Assembly: GCA_017537225.1 (NCBI GenBank)
Contig: JAFYLG010000071.1
Coordinates: 1 to 42,441 of the forward strand
Reading direction: 5' to 3'
From: Lachnospiraceae bacterium
Lineage (GTDB): Bacteria; Bacillota; Clostridia; Lachnospirales; Lachnospiraceae
DNA: 42,441 nt
The position numbers and the translations under genes are program-made. Below the pieces are notes generated by a model. It ran no database searches, was not told the origin of the DNA, and saw only the letters and a program-made list of their open reading frames with translations. Each line of letters starts with the position of its first letter. The first letter of the stretch is position 1. Positions 1 to 8,859 of the stretch are shown in pieces.

Positions 1-2130
1 GGCATCAATCAGTCCCCGGTCACCGGACATATGGGCCAGCACACGTAGCTCGATCTGGCTGTAGTCTGCATCCACAAAGACACAGCCATCCTTAGGCACA
101 AATACCTTGCGGATCTCACGTCCCAGTTCCATACGGACAGGAATGTTCTGCAGATTAGGCTCAGTACTGCTGATACGTCCGGTAGCAGTAATAGTCTGAT
201 TAAAGGTACCATGGATACGGCCATCGGGCCCAATAAAGGCTGCCAGACCGTCGGCATAGGTGGATTTCAATTTGGTCAGCTGGCGATATTCCAGGATGCG
301 GGCGATGACCGGCACATCAGGAGCCAGTTTTTCCAGCACATCGGCGGCAGTGCTGTAACCTGTTTTGGTCTTCTTGCCACCGGGTAGATTCATTTTTTCA
401 AACAGGATCTCGCCCAGCTGTTTGGGAGAGTTGATATTAAAGGTTTCGCCGGTCATCTCATAGATGGTCTTTTCCAGCACTTCGATCTGACCTGCCAGAC
501 GAGCACCATACTCCTCCAGCTCCTGAGCCTCCACGCGGATACCTTCCTTCTCCATACGATCCAGTGAATATACCAGAGGCATTTCGATGTTGCGATAGAG
601 ATCGTACATCTCTGTTTCCGTCAACGCTGCCTGTAAAGGCGCTATCGACTGACGGCAAATACGGGCTTCTTCGGCCAGGATCGTCATTTGACGCTTGGTT
701 CTCCCCTCGTCGTCCAGCTTGCCGGCAGACTTGCCCAGCAAGTCAGCTCGAGAAGGAACAGTCTCCCCCAGATAATCGCGGGCCAGATCGTCATAATCAT
801 AGCTATTTTTCAAAGGATTTAACAGGTAAGCAGCGATACCGGTATCCCAGATCATAGAATTCTCAGGAATATCCAGCACTTTGAGAGCGGCCTTTACATT
901 CAGGAATGCCACCTTACCACGAGCATGGTTGAGTAAATCCGCTATCTTTTCTTTTATATGGTCAGAATCCTTGCGACCATGGATCTGGATCACATAAGTG
1001 TTTTCTTCGTCAAAAGCAAGCGCAACACAATTTAGCTGCAGGACAGACGTAGTCTCTGGCTCTGTATCAGAGATATTCCACATATCAAACAGAGACATTT
1101 GACCAAGCGCTTCTTCTTCGACATCTTTATCGGTCTCAACTTCTTTTGATTCTAAGGCTAAGCTGATAACATCAGCCTTCACAGCTTTTGCAAACAGCTT
1201 ATCTGCCTCCTTCATATCAAAAACCACATGAACTTGGGCGGCTTTAGGAGCCTGTGACTGCATATCCGGGAATTTATTTAACAAGGATTTAAATTCTAAT
1301 TTCTTGCACATTTCATAAGCCTCAGGCGTATACAGTTCGCCAAGACGGGCGTCTTCGGTAGTAAAGCCAAGCTCACAGTCCAGTTTGATGGTCGCCAGCA
1401 CCTTAGACAGTTGTGCCAGCTCATAGTGCTCTCCCAAAGCCTTTTGCGCACGAGGAGGCTTGATTTCATCCAAATGCTGGTAGGCATTTTCGATGGAATG
1501 ATAGGTAGCGATGATAGCCGTAGCTGTTTTTTCGCCGATGCTGGGTACGCCGGGGATATTGTCCGAAGTATCGCCCATGAGAGCTTTTACATCGATAAAT
1601 TCTTTGGGGCCTACACCGTAAAGTGCCACTACGTCATCAGGATAATAATTCTCAATGATGGTACCGGTACGCTTGGTTTTAGGGATACGGATCAGCACAT
1701 GTTCATCGGCCAGCTGCAGCAGGTCGCGATCGCCGGATACTACCACAACATCCATTCCCTGATTTTTGCAGCTCACAGACAAAGTACCGATGATATCATC
1801 TGCCTCCATGCCGGCCTGCTCTACAGTGGGAATACCCATGGCATGCAACATCTCTTTCATCAAAGGAACCTGCTCATGAAGTTCCTTAGGCATGGGCTTG
1901 CGGGTGCCCTTATACTCCGGATACATCTGATGACGGAAGGTTGGAGCTTTTACATCAAAAGCAACAGCCAGGTACTGGGGCTGCTCTTCTTCCAAAATCT
2001 TCAGCATAATATTGCAAAAACCGTATACTGCATTGGTGTGCAGACCGGCAGAATTGGTAAGCTCAGGAATCCCATAAAAGGCACGGTTCAAAATACTGTA
2101 ACCGTCCATCAGTACGATTTTTTCGCTCAT
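1..2130 (-). CDS. polA: DNA polymerase I (5'-3' exonuclease + polymerase), 3' end cut by window edge
   Basis: It is absent from the ORF track because there is no stop inside the window. The reverse frame is open from the ATG at 2128-2130 to base 1. N-terminus is MSEKIVLMDGYS. H3TH motif NIPGVPSIGEKTATAI lies at 1501-1560. The last residues RVLAHMSGDRGLIDA match pol A family motif A. A GGAGG RBS sits at 2136-2140. Confidence 0.95.
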   Translation of the reverse strand, partial: MSEKIVLMDGYSILNRAFYGIPELTNSAGLHTNAVYGFCNIMLKILEEEQPQYLAVAFDVKAPTFRHQMYPEYKGTRKPMPKELHEQVPLMKEMLHAMGIPTVEQAGMEADDIIGTLSVSCKNQGMDVVVVSGDRDLLQLADEHVLIRIPKTKRTGTIIENYYPDDVVALYGVGPKEFIDVKALMGDTSDNIPGVPSIGEKTATAIIATYHSIENAYQHLDEIKPPRAQKALGEHYELAQLSKVLATIKLDCELGFTTEDARLGELYTPEAYEMCKKLEFKSLLNKFPDMQSQAPKAAQVHVVFDMKEADKLFAKAVKADVISLALESKEVETDKDVEEEALGQMSLFDMWNISDTEPETTSVLQLNCVALAFDEENTYVIQIHGRKDSDHIKEKIADLLNHARGKVAFLNVKAALKVLDIPENSMIWDTGIAAYLLNPLKNSYDYDDLARDYLGETVPSRADLLGKSAGKLDDEGRTKRQMTILAEEARICRQSIAPLQAALTETEMYDLYRNIEMPLVYSLDRMEKEGIRVEAQELEEYGARLAGQIEVLEKTIYEMTGETFNINSPKQLGEILFEKMNLPGGKKTKTGYSTAADVLEKLAPDVPVIARILEYRQLTKLKSTYADGLAAFIGPDGRIHGTFNQTITATGRISSTEPNLQNIPVRMELGREIRKVFVPKDGCVFVDADYSQIELRVLAHMSGDRGLIDA

Positions 2131-2139
2131 AATAACCTC

Positions 2140-2490
2140 CTATATCCCCTCGATCCAAAATCGAAACTGAAACCACAGCGTCATCAATACACTCCAAAAT
2201 GCTGCGGTATTTAATGCATATTTGATCACCAGGCGCGTGGTCCATTTTTGAACACGATCCTGAGAAAAATAAATACTGCGATCCAAAGACAGTTCCAGGT
2301 CCTTAGCCGTGGTATCGCCATCCTCGCTGTCCAGCTGACGGATACCCTGCATTACCGAGTAAGTAATCTCCAGTTCGTCATAGCATTCTCTGCATGAATC
2401 CAGGTGCTCCAAAAACTCCTGCATTTCTTCCATATTTAGCTGTCCGGCGATATAAGCAGGGATCTTGGATTCAAACGTACGACAATGCAT
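2140..2490 (-). CDS. zf-HC2 (putative anti-sigma factor-like) membrane protein
   Basis: Start moved to MHCRTFES (ATG at 2490) with AAGGAG upstream. It carries the H-x3-C-x2-C motif HLDSCREC and a C-terminal hydrophobic helix AAFWSVLMTLWFQF. Its TAG stop overlaps the polA RBS. Confidence 0.6.
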   Translation of the reverse strand: MHCRTFESKIPAYIAGQLNMEEMQEFLEHLDSCRECYDELEITYSVMQGIRQLDSEDGDTTAKDLELSLDRSIYFSQDRVQKWTTRLVIKYALNTAAFWSVLMTLWFQFRFWIEGI

Positions 2491-2646
2491 AGAAGGCTCC
2501 TTTCTCAGTGTTAAACGCAATGATAAATGCGTCTTAGACAAGGGAAATAGGCTCTGCAGATATCTACTTGAAAAAAGTTAATCTGCACAGCCGAAAATGT
2601 TTTTTTAAACAAGAACAGTATACCTCATTTTAGGGAAATTTACAAG

Positions 2647-2681
2647 AAAAACAGGAGAACGACCACGGGTCACTCTCCTGT
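2647..2681 (-). terminator. Intrinsic terminator after the VOC gene
   Basis: An 8-bp stem ACAGGAGA/TCTCCTGT is followed by a T-run on the minus strand. Confidence 0.6.
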
Positions 2682-2699
2682 TTCAAATATCCTATGGAA

Positions 2700-3083
2700 T
2701 CAATAGCCAGCCACCTCAATGACATGTCCATCGGGATCGTAAAGACGAACCACCTGACGACTTGCCATTTCACTGGTCTCACTTGCCTCAGGGTCTTCTA
2801 CTGGCGGATTGAGCCAGTGGATCGTCTGGCCTGACTTTTGTAACTTATACAAGAATCCCTCCATATCCGTAGTCTCAAAATACAGTTCCATGGTATGTCC
2901 ACCATAGACAGTTTTTTGACCGATCAGCTGCTCCCATACATCCTGCTGCTGCAGTACCAGACCACCGGTGAGGATTACATTGGTATCAAAATCAGTGATC
3001 ACATCCAGCCCAAAGAATTCTTTGTAAAAAGCTTTGGAACGCTGAATATCTTCTACCACAAGTAAAAAGTTTTTCAGGCGCAT
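2700..3083 (-). CDS. VOC/glyoxalase-bleomycin resistance family protein
   Basis: 127 aa. The N-terminus MRLKNFLLVVEDIQRSKAFYKEFFGL is typical of the VOC fold, and the C-terminus has DPDGHVIEV. RBS is AAGGAGG. Confidence 0.75.
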   Translation of the reverse strand: MRLKNFLLVVEDIQRSKAFYKEFFGLDVITDFDTNVILTGGLVLQQQDVWEQLIGQKTVYGGHTMELYFETTDMEGFLYKLQKSGQTIHWLNPPVEDPEASETSEMASRQVVRLYDPDGHVIEVAGY

Positions 3084-3104
3084 GAATGCCTCCTTTCTGA
3101 TACA

Positions 3105-3557
3105 TTAGTAACCCAAATATTGCAGAAAAGCTTCACAGCCTTCCAATACATCACGATAAGTATAATCAAAATTGCCGGTGTACCAGGGATCCAGTACATC
3201 TCCGCCTCTCTGCGTAAAGGATAGCAATTTATGCATCTTTGCATCTGGATCGCCGCCTATCATACGCTGCATGTTTCGCATATTCATAGTGTCCATGCCG
3301 ATCAGATAATCATATGTTTCGTAATCCTGGCGGGTCATTTGTACTGCACGATGCGGGACGACAGGAATTCCTACCTGACGCAATTTAGTCACGGTGCCAT
3401 GGTGAGGACCACAGCCGATTTCCTCGCGGCTGGTAGCCGCAGAATCGATATAAAATAGATCTTCAATATGGCGCTGTTTGACCAGATAGGTCAGAACTGA
3501 CTGAGCCATAGTGGAACGGCATATGTTGCCGTGGCAGATGAAAAGTACTTTTATCAT
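3105..3557 (-). CDS. Low-molecular-weight protein-tyrosine phosphatase
   Basis: P-loop C-x5-R-S/T is present as CHGNICRST at residues 8-16. The DPWY Asp loop lies near the C-terminus. 150 aa. Confidence 0.85.
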   Translation of the reverse strand: MIKVLFICHGNICRSTMAQSVLTYLVKQRHIEDLFYIDSAATSREEIGCGPHHGTVTKLRQVGIPVVPHRAVQMTRQDYETYDYLIGMDTMNMRNMQRMIGGDPDAKMHKLLSFTQRGGDVLDPWYTGNFDYTYRDVLEGCEAFLQYLGY

Positions 3558-3690
3558 AATTTGTCCTCACTTTCGTTTGGGTTATTATAACATGAATTAT
3601 GGGGGAATACAATGCCGACTAAACTTAGAACTATTTTGAATTAGTCAACTGATTTACTTCTATTGTTAAGATACCTAACAGTATAGAATC

Positions 3691-3719
3691 TTGCATTTGC
3701 GGGTTATTGTTGATATAAT
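3691..3719 (+). promoter_or_regulatory. Sigma-A type promoter for the small HD gene
   Basis: TTGCAT (3691-3696), 17-nt spacer, TATAAT (3714-3719), with a TG extended -10. Confidence 0.55.
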
Positions 3720-3764
3720 TCCAATAGAGATCGTCATAATCAAATACTTCAAGGAGGAAGCGAT

Positions 3765-4190
3765 ATGGTAGGGATTTCTAATGATAGAATGCAGCATATC
3801 TTATCCGTTGCAAGACAGTGTTATCATATTGCAAAAAGCAAATATCATTTGGAGGAAACAGATTGCAGAAAGGCGTTTATGATCGGATTTTTGCATGATG
3901 TTGGATATGAGTTTAGTGAGTACAACTTAGAACATCCGGAAAAAGGTATGTCATTAGTAAAAGAGACGCTGGGAATTGAACTGCCTGAGATCCTTCTACA
4001 TGGCGATCCGGATGCGGAACAGACGCTATTCTTATCTATTTTGAATGAAGCAGATCTGACTGTGGACTCCAAAGGAAATGTGGTATCGGTAGAAGAACGT
4101 CTGCAGGATATTGTAGGCCGATATTCCGAAGATGCCCTGGAATATTTAAAGCCGTTACATTTAGCTAAAAAGTTGAAGCTAGTAGAATAA
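3765..4190 (+). CDS. Small HD-domain protein
   Basis: 141 aa with FLHDVGYE (HD dyad) plus flanking His residues. RBS is AAGGAGGAAG. Confidence 0.6.
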   Translation: MVGISNDRMQHILSVARQCYHIAKSKYHLEETDCRKAFMIGFLHDVGYEFSEYNLEHPEKGMSLVKETLGIELPEILLHGDPDAEQTLFLSILNEADLTVDSKGNVVSVEERLQDIVGRYSEDALEYLKPLHLAKKLKLVE

Positions 4191-4234
4191 TAGAATTATA
4201 GAATTATCACGAAATCGAACCTGATTAGATCATA

Positions 4235-4286
4235 ACAAAAAAGCTTCTGATGGATAAAATCCTACCCATCAGAAGCTTATATTTTT
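4235..4286. terminator. Bidirectional intrinsic terminator between convergent genes
   Basis: A perfect 13-bp stem AAGCTTCTGATGG/CCATCAGAAGCTT (4241-4253 / 4266-4278) has an A-run upstream and a T-run downstream. Confidence 0.8.
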
Positions 4287-4317
4287 CATTGAAACAGTAT
4301 CACGTAGAAGAAGTTTG

Positions 4318-4683
4318 TCATTTTTTTGAAGGAACTACTTCCAGCCAATATCCATCGGGATCCACGATAAAATAGATACCCATTGCAGGATTCTCATAGC
4401 AGATACAGCCCATCTCTTCATGAAGTTTATGCGCAGCCTCAAAGTCATCGGCTTCAAAGGCCAGATGGAATTCACATTCGCCTAAGTTGTAGGGCTGGGG
4501 ATGTCCCTCTACCCATGTCAGCTCTAACTCAAAAGCGCCACTCTCGTCGCCCAGATATACGATGATAAAACCTTCACCGGTAATGCGTCTTACTTCCCTC
4601 AGACCTAAGGCTTTTTCATAGAATGTCATGGATTTGCTTAAATCGGTAACATTGTAATTTTCATGGATCATTTTAAACTTCAT
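4318..4683 (-). CDS. VOC family protein, glyoxalase I (lactoylglutathione lyase)-like
   Basis: Start moved to MKFKMIHENYNV (ATG 4683, RBS GGAAGGGG). Metal-ligand-like H/E/H/E positions are IHEN, ELELT, FHLAF and WLEVV. About 121 aa. Confidence 0.7.
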   Translation of the reverse strand: MKFKMIHENYNVTDLSKSMTFYEKALGLREVRRITGEGFIIVYLGDESGAFELELTWVEGHPQPYNLGECEFHLAFEADDFEAAHKLHEEMGCICYENPAMGIYFIVDPDGYWLEVVPSKK

Positions 4684-4740
4684 AAAGAACCCCTTCCTGC
4701 GCACTGCGCTTGAGTATATTGGAGTGTAACTCCATTGACA

Positions 4741-5400
4741 TCAAATCAGCTGCTGCTCATTGATGATTAATTTAAACTGTAAGCCCAGTTTTTCTGCCGC
4801 CTTACGGCATAGAACCATTCGCGTCATAAAGATTTCGAAGTAATCCATAACCGAACCGAATCTTGTATCAACGGACAGTTTTAATTTTACGAGAGTTTTC
4901 TCTTCGTTGATCTTCAAAACCGACTTTGTTACAGAATAGTTTACTCTGTCATGGATATCAAACTTGGAGATATCTGTGTTGCGAACGCGAGATCTTCTTA
5001 CATCGGCTTTATCCGCAAGGATCATAGCAGCAGCAACGGTGTTTACAGGAACGCCTGTCCCTTCATCGTGGTTGCCAATGGCGGTGACTATGGTAGCCAT
5101 CTCCGCAGGATCGCATCCCATGTCATTTAAAATGCTCCATGCCATTACAGCTCCGGATTGGGCATGATCCTTACGGTTGACCAAATTACCGATATCGTGA
5201 AGATAACCTGCAATTTTTGCCAGTTCTACAGTACGTTCATCATAGCCCATAGTTTTTAAAATATAGCCCGCTGTTTCTGCTACATGCAATACATGAGCAA
5301 AACTATGCTCGGTATACCCCAAAGCCCCCAAGGACTCATCTGCCCGGATAATATATGTTTTAATGGCTTCGCTTTTTGTGATTTCGTCATAAGTCAGCAT
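4741..5400 (-). CDS. HD-domain phosphohydrolase
   Basis: 219 aa with HSFAHV...GYLHDIGN...GNHDEG (H..HD..H..D pattern). RBS is AAGGAGGG. Confidence 0.7.
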   Translation of the reverse strand: MLTYDEITKSEAIKTYIIRADESLGALGYTEHSFAHVLHVAETAGYILKTMGYDERTVELAKIAGYLHDIGNLVNRKDHAQSGAVMAWSILNDMGCDPAEMATIVTAIGNHDEGTGVPVNTVAAAMILADKADVRRSRVRNTDISKFDIHDRVNYSVTKSVLKINEEKTLVKLKLSVDTRFGSVMDYFEIFMTRMVLCRKAAEKLGLQFKLIINEQQLI

Positions 5401-5524
5401 TTCGAACCCTCCTTATGAAGTAATTGTAATGGAGTTCCTGAAAGAACACAATAGAATTCGTGTGAAATTCAGGTTAAACTTCTGGTTTCAATAAAATATC
5501 CCGAGATATACAATGCCATAGGAT

Positions 5525-5959
5525 TTAGTTGGTTACGATATCTCCGGTCCAATCCCGAATGCCACCAAATTCAACTATATTGGTATAGCCCAGCAACACC
5601 AATTTTTCGGAAGCCTGCTTGCTGCGATTGCCGCTTCGACAATATACCAGAATTAATTGATCTTTATCGGGCAGTGCAGAAAGATCCCCTGAACCAATGG
5701 TTTCGTTGGGAATACAGATGGCTCCGGGAATATGTCCTTCGTTATATTCCTCGTGGGTGCGGGCATCCAGGATGATATAATTTGTTTCTGTCTTCATCAT
5801 CTCCACAGCTTCTGTCATAGTTATCTGACAATATTTATTCTTCTTCATCGTTTCCTCTTCCGTTTCCTTTGTGTTTACGCTACAGCCAACCAACGACATG
5901 GCACATAGTACTAAAAAGCCCAGAAGACATCGCTGCAACAAAATGCGATAATCAAACAT
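5525..5959 (-). CDS. Rhodanese-domain lipoprotein (sulfurtransferase-like)
   Basis: Signal peptide with lipobox LVGC. The rhodanese active-site loop is CRSGNRS. RBS is AAGGAGAA. Confidence 0.8.
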   Translation of the reverse strand: MFDYRILLQRCLLGFLVLCAMSLVGCSVNTKETEEETMKKNKYCQITMTEAVEMMKTETNYIILDARTHEEYNEGHIPGAICIPNETIGSGDLSALPDKDQLILVYCRSGNRSKQASEKLVLLGYTNIVEFGGIRDWTGDIVTN

Positions 5960-6087
5960 AGTAATTTTCTCCTTACGTTTTTTTGATATTCTACTTCAAT
6001 ATTTTGCTTTGTAATACTGTTCGATTTCTACTATTTTCCTTCTTTTTCTTTTGCATTCATCTATCTTCTATATTTTTCTCATATGTT

Positions 6088-7407
6088 TTACTGATATCTC
6101 ATGCTTTCTGCAAAGATCATCGCCCATTGTGAAGGATCCAAAGTATAATCATTTTCATCGTAATGAAACTGCACCAACTCCACGACCATGACAACATCTT
6201 CCTTACGCAGGGTCAATGTTGGAGAATATGCCATAAAACAATATGCCTCATCTACCGGCAACTCAGGCAAGGATATCTCGCTGTAGTGTTTGTTGATCTG
6301 GCCTTCTTTTAGATATTCCCAGACCAATACTTTTGCTACCCAGGGCATGGTGGTGTCATAGTAATCTACATACAGTATGGCCTCCATTTTACGTCCATCA
6401 GGTAACGCAACACTTCCGTTTTGGTTGAAACGGATCACTGTGGAAGCTAGTAAATCCTTTTTAGCATTGACATAGTTCATCCGACCGGGATACATGCCGG
6501 ATTCTACAAAAGATAAGGACTCATCTCCCAGACTTCTCTCCACCAGCTCTACCATATCCGCAAATGGAAAAATATATTCAGGCTCGTCACCATGCTTTAA
6601 AACATACTCTTTACGGTATGTAGATACATATTCATCCAGTGGAATCTGATCTGCATACTCCAGTTCTTTGGCGCAGCCTCGAAACACACAGCAGGTCCAC
6701 ACTATGATCAGCAACATATAAACAAAATGACTTAACCAGTAGGTTCTACGCTTTTTACGCAATACCTGCGAAAACTCCTCTTGCGTCCATGCTCTTCTCT
6801 CTACTGACATGGATTCTCCTCGGCTCAATTGACGGCGCCGCCTTGCGATATAGGACAAGCGAATTACGGACCGGATCAATAACCATAAGCCAATAGCCAG
6901 ACCTAAAATAAACAGCCAGGTACCCATATCAATACATATTCGCAGTAGAGATTGCCGTCCGGTCAGATAACGGATCGCGGGATATCCAACGATCCAAAAC
7001 AGCGATCCCCAAAACTGATTATTAGCATGATCCCACATAGGCTTCAGCGCCAGGGCTTGTACTTTGGGATCAGTGTTCATCTCTCGGGCTACGTCGGTTT
7101 CACTGCGGTATATGAAAAATTTTCCTCGGTCAGCTATATAGGTCCATCCATACTCTTCACATAATTCTCTCGCCTCTGCACTGGGAAACAGACTCTCCGC
7201 AGACCAATCCAGTACTTCTTTAGGTTCCAGACGATATCTTACATGACATGGCTCTTTTTTTTCAAAGGTTCCTACACCAAAAAGAAAACCATCCTCTATC
7301 AGAAAATACCCATCCATGGCCTCTGCCTCAAGCCAACGCTCCATAGATTCTACGTCATAATAGGGACAGGGAGCCAAACGATAGTATTTCTTGCTCAGCA
7401 AGGGCAT
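6088..7407 (-). CDS. DUF2812-like membrane protein (PadR-associated)
   Basis: 439 aa. The N-terminus YYRLAPCPYYDVESMERWLEAEAMDGYFL resembles DUF2812. There are two central TM helices. The start overlaps the padR stop by 13 nt. Confidence 0.6.
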   Translation of the reverse strand: MPLLSKKYYRLAPCPYYDVESMERWLEAEAMDGYFLIEDGFLFGVGTFEKKEPCHVRYRLEPKEVLDWSAESLFPSAEARELCEEYGWTYIADRGKFFIYRSETDVAREMNTDPKVQALALKPMWDHANNQFWGSLFWIVGYPAIRYLTGRQSLLRICIDMGTWLFILGLAIGLWLLIRSVIRLSYIARRRRQLSRGESMSVERRAWTQEEFSQVLRKKRRTYWLSHFVYMLLIIVWTCCVFRGCAKELEYADQIPLDEYVSTYRKEYVLKHGDEPEYIFPFADMVELVERSLGDESLSFVESGMYPGRMNYVNAKKDLLASTVIRFNQNGSVALPDGRKMEAILYVDYYDTTMPWVAKVLVWEYLKEGQINKHYSEISLPELPVDEAYCFMAYSPTLTLRKEDVVMVVELVQFHYDENDYTLDPSQWAMIFAESMRYQ

Positions 7408-7766
7408 ACCTGCAGCCCCCTTTCCTGTCTCAGAGATTCACCACTGTATAGACGAGCAGTCATCTCTGCCGTAGCATCTGCTACACATCGTTGCAGCCTC
7501 TCCACCTCTTCGCGATAAGCAATCATGCCACGACTGGTGATTTGGTAAGTACGCTTACGGCCTTCTACAGACACCTCTTCAATGTAATTTTCCTGCTCAA
7601 ACTTACCTAAAATAGTATACAAGGTGGCAGGTCCCATTTGAATTCGGCCTGCAGTACGCTCTTCGATAAACTCAACGACCTGAATCCCACACATAGGACC
7701 GCGACCAAAGGCCATCAAAACATAAAACATAGATTCTGTTAGGTTTTCCAAGGGTTTCTTCGGCAT
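7395..7766 (-). CDS. PadR family transcriptional regulator
   Basis: Start moved to MPKKPLENLTESMFYVL (ATG 7766, RBS AGGAGG). The winged-helix core is GPATLYTILGKFEQENYI...GRKRTYQIT. Confidence 0.85.
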   Translation of the reverse strand: MPKKPLENLTESMFYVLMAFGRGPMCGIQVVEFIEERTAGRIQMGPATLYTILGKFEQENYIEEVSVEGRKRTYQITSRGMIAYREEVERLQRCVADATAEMTARLYSGESLRQERGLQVCPC

Positions 7767-7792
7767 AGAATACCTCCTGATCAAACAAAAAA

Positions 7793-7832
7793 CTACAATA
7801 TCATTAAACGATATTGTCTAATGATATTGTAG
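7793..7832. promoter_or_regulatory. Perfect 14-bp inverted repeat, candidate PadR operator or terminator hairpin
   Basis: CTACAATATCATTA (7793-7806), 12 nt, TAATGATATTGTAG (7819-7832). On the minus strand it is followed by TTTTTTGTTT. It overlaps the padR -10 box. Confidence 0.6.
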
Positions 7833-7854
7833 CAAACCTACAAAATGATGTCAA
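7826..7854 (-). promoter_or_regulatory. Consensus sigma-A promoter of padR
   Basis: On the minus strand: TTGACA (7849-7854), 17 nt, TACAAT (7826-7831). Confidence 0.6.
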
Positions 7855-7969
7855 TATTCTAATGTTTGAAATGTTGCATTTTGTAATAAATAAGCTGCCG
7901 GATGGTTCCTGATCTATCAGTAGAACATTTCTGCATCACTTGCTGCATTTATGTATGATTAATTATATA

Positions 7970-8548
7970 TCATGTGATATTCTTTGCCGATGCGGCAAAT
8001 ATCATGTCCTCCAACGTTCTATGGATCATCTCGCGAGCCATATCATCGCTGCATTCTATGCCATTGACACAGATCATGGTAGCGATTCCGTAAATCATCA
8101 TTAGAGATCGCATAAATATATTCTGGCATGTATAGATATCCAGCCCGCTCTCCGCTTGCAATTTCTGCAGAAACATACGATTGCTCTGGAATGCCATAGC
8201 CGGGTTCTCTGGCCCCACACTATAATCATTGCCCGAAAGATAGCAAAGCTTATAGAGATTAGGTTTGGTACGAGCCAATCCCAGGATCCGACGGATCGTG
8301 CTGTCAAATCCGTCTTCTTCCTGCTGGAGATCGTCCATATATTCTCTTTCAACGATTTGACAGGCATGTAAAAATGTCTGCTTACGCAGTTCTTCCATGG
8401 TAGGAAAGTGGCTGAATACCGGTTGTATAGAGCAACCTGCAGCCTGAGCCACGCTGCGGGAGGTAACTGCCAGAATTCCCTGCTCTTCTGCAATTTTTAC
8501 GGCCTGATCTAATAACGACTCTTTGGAAATACTTTGTTTTCTTGCCAT
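7970..8548 (-). CDS. TetR/AcrR family transcriptional regulator
   Basis: 192 aa with an N-terminal HTH, ILAVTSRSVAQAAGCSIQPVFSHFPTMEEL. Confidence 0.85.
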   Translation of the reverse strand: MARKQSISKESLLDQAVKIAEEQGILAVTSRSVAQAAGCSIQPVFSHFPTMEELRKQTFLHACQIVEREYMDDLQQEEDGFDSTIRRILGLARTKPNLYKLCYLSGNDYSVGPENPAMAFQSNRMFLQKLQAESGLDIYTCQNIFMRSLMMIYGIATMICVNGIECSDDMAREMIHRTLEDMIFAASAKNIT

Positions 8549-8597
8549 AGTATTTACCTGTTCTCCTGGAAATTTCTTATGTGTATGAACAGAATCT

Positions 8598-8623
8598 TAT
8601 AATATATCCGCAGATATATTATA
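8598..8623. promoter_or_regulatory. Perfect 11-bp inverted repeat, candidate TetR operator
   Basis: TATAATATATC (8598-8608), CGCA, GATATATTATA (8613-8623). It overlaps the -10 box of the tetR promoter. Confidence 0.55.
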
Positions 8624-8645
8624 GCACACCTCATAGATCTGTCAA
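8618..8645 (-). promoter_or_regulatory. Consensus sigma-A promoter of the TetR gene
   Basis: On the minus strand: TTGACA (8640-8645), 16 nt, TGcTATAAT (-10 at 8618-8623). Confidence 0.55.
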
Positions 8646-8859
8646 TTTCGTCTTCTCAAAACAGAATATCTTGTTTTCAATAATATCTGTAGTTGATTCT
8701 ATATTTTAAGTAATAAGAGCAGCAATATTGCACTCATTTACATATAAATACATTCATTTTCATCTATATTCACTTATAAAATCTGTCTGCGCAAGGCATT
8801 GTACTTCATTCTCATTTTGTGCACACACCTATTAAAAAACAATCCAGCACTATGAATGG

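Noticed and set aside
1411-2214. 267-aa plus-strand ORF
   Set aside because: It is antisense to the clearly recognisable polA reading frame. The translation is low-complexity with no RBS, so it is a shadow ORF.
8101-8493. 130-aa minus-strand ORF inside the TetR gene in another frame
   Set aside because: The TetR frame has the HTH and a good RBS. The alternative frame has neither.
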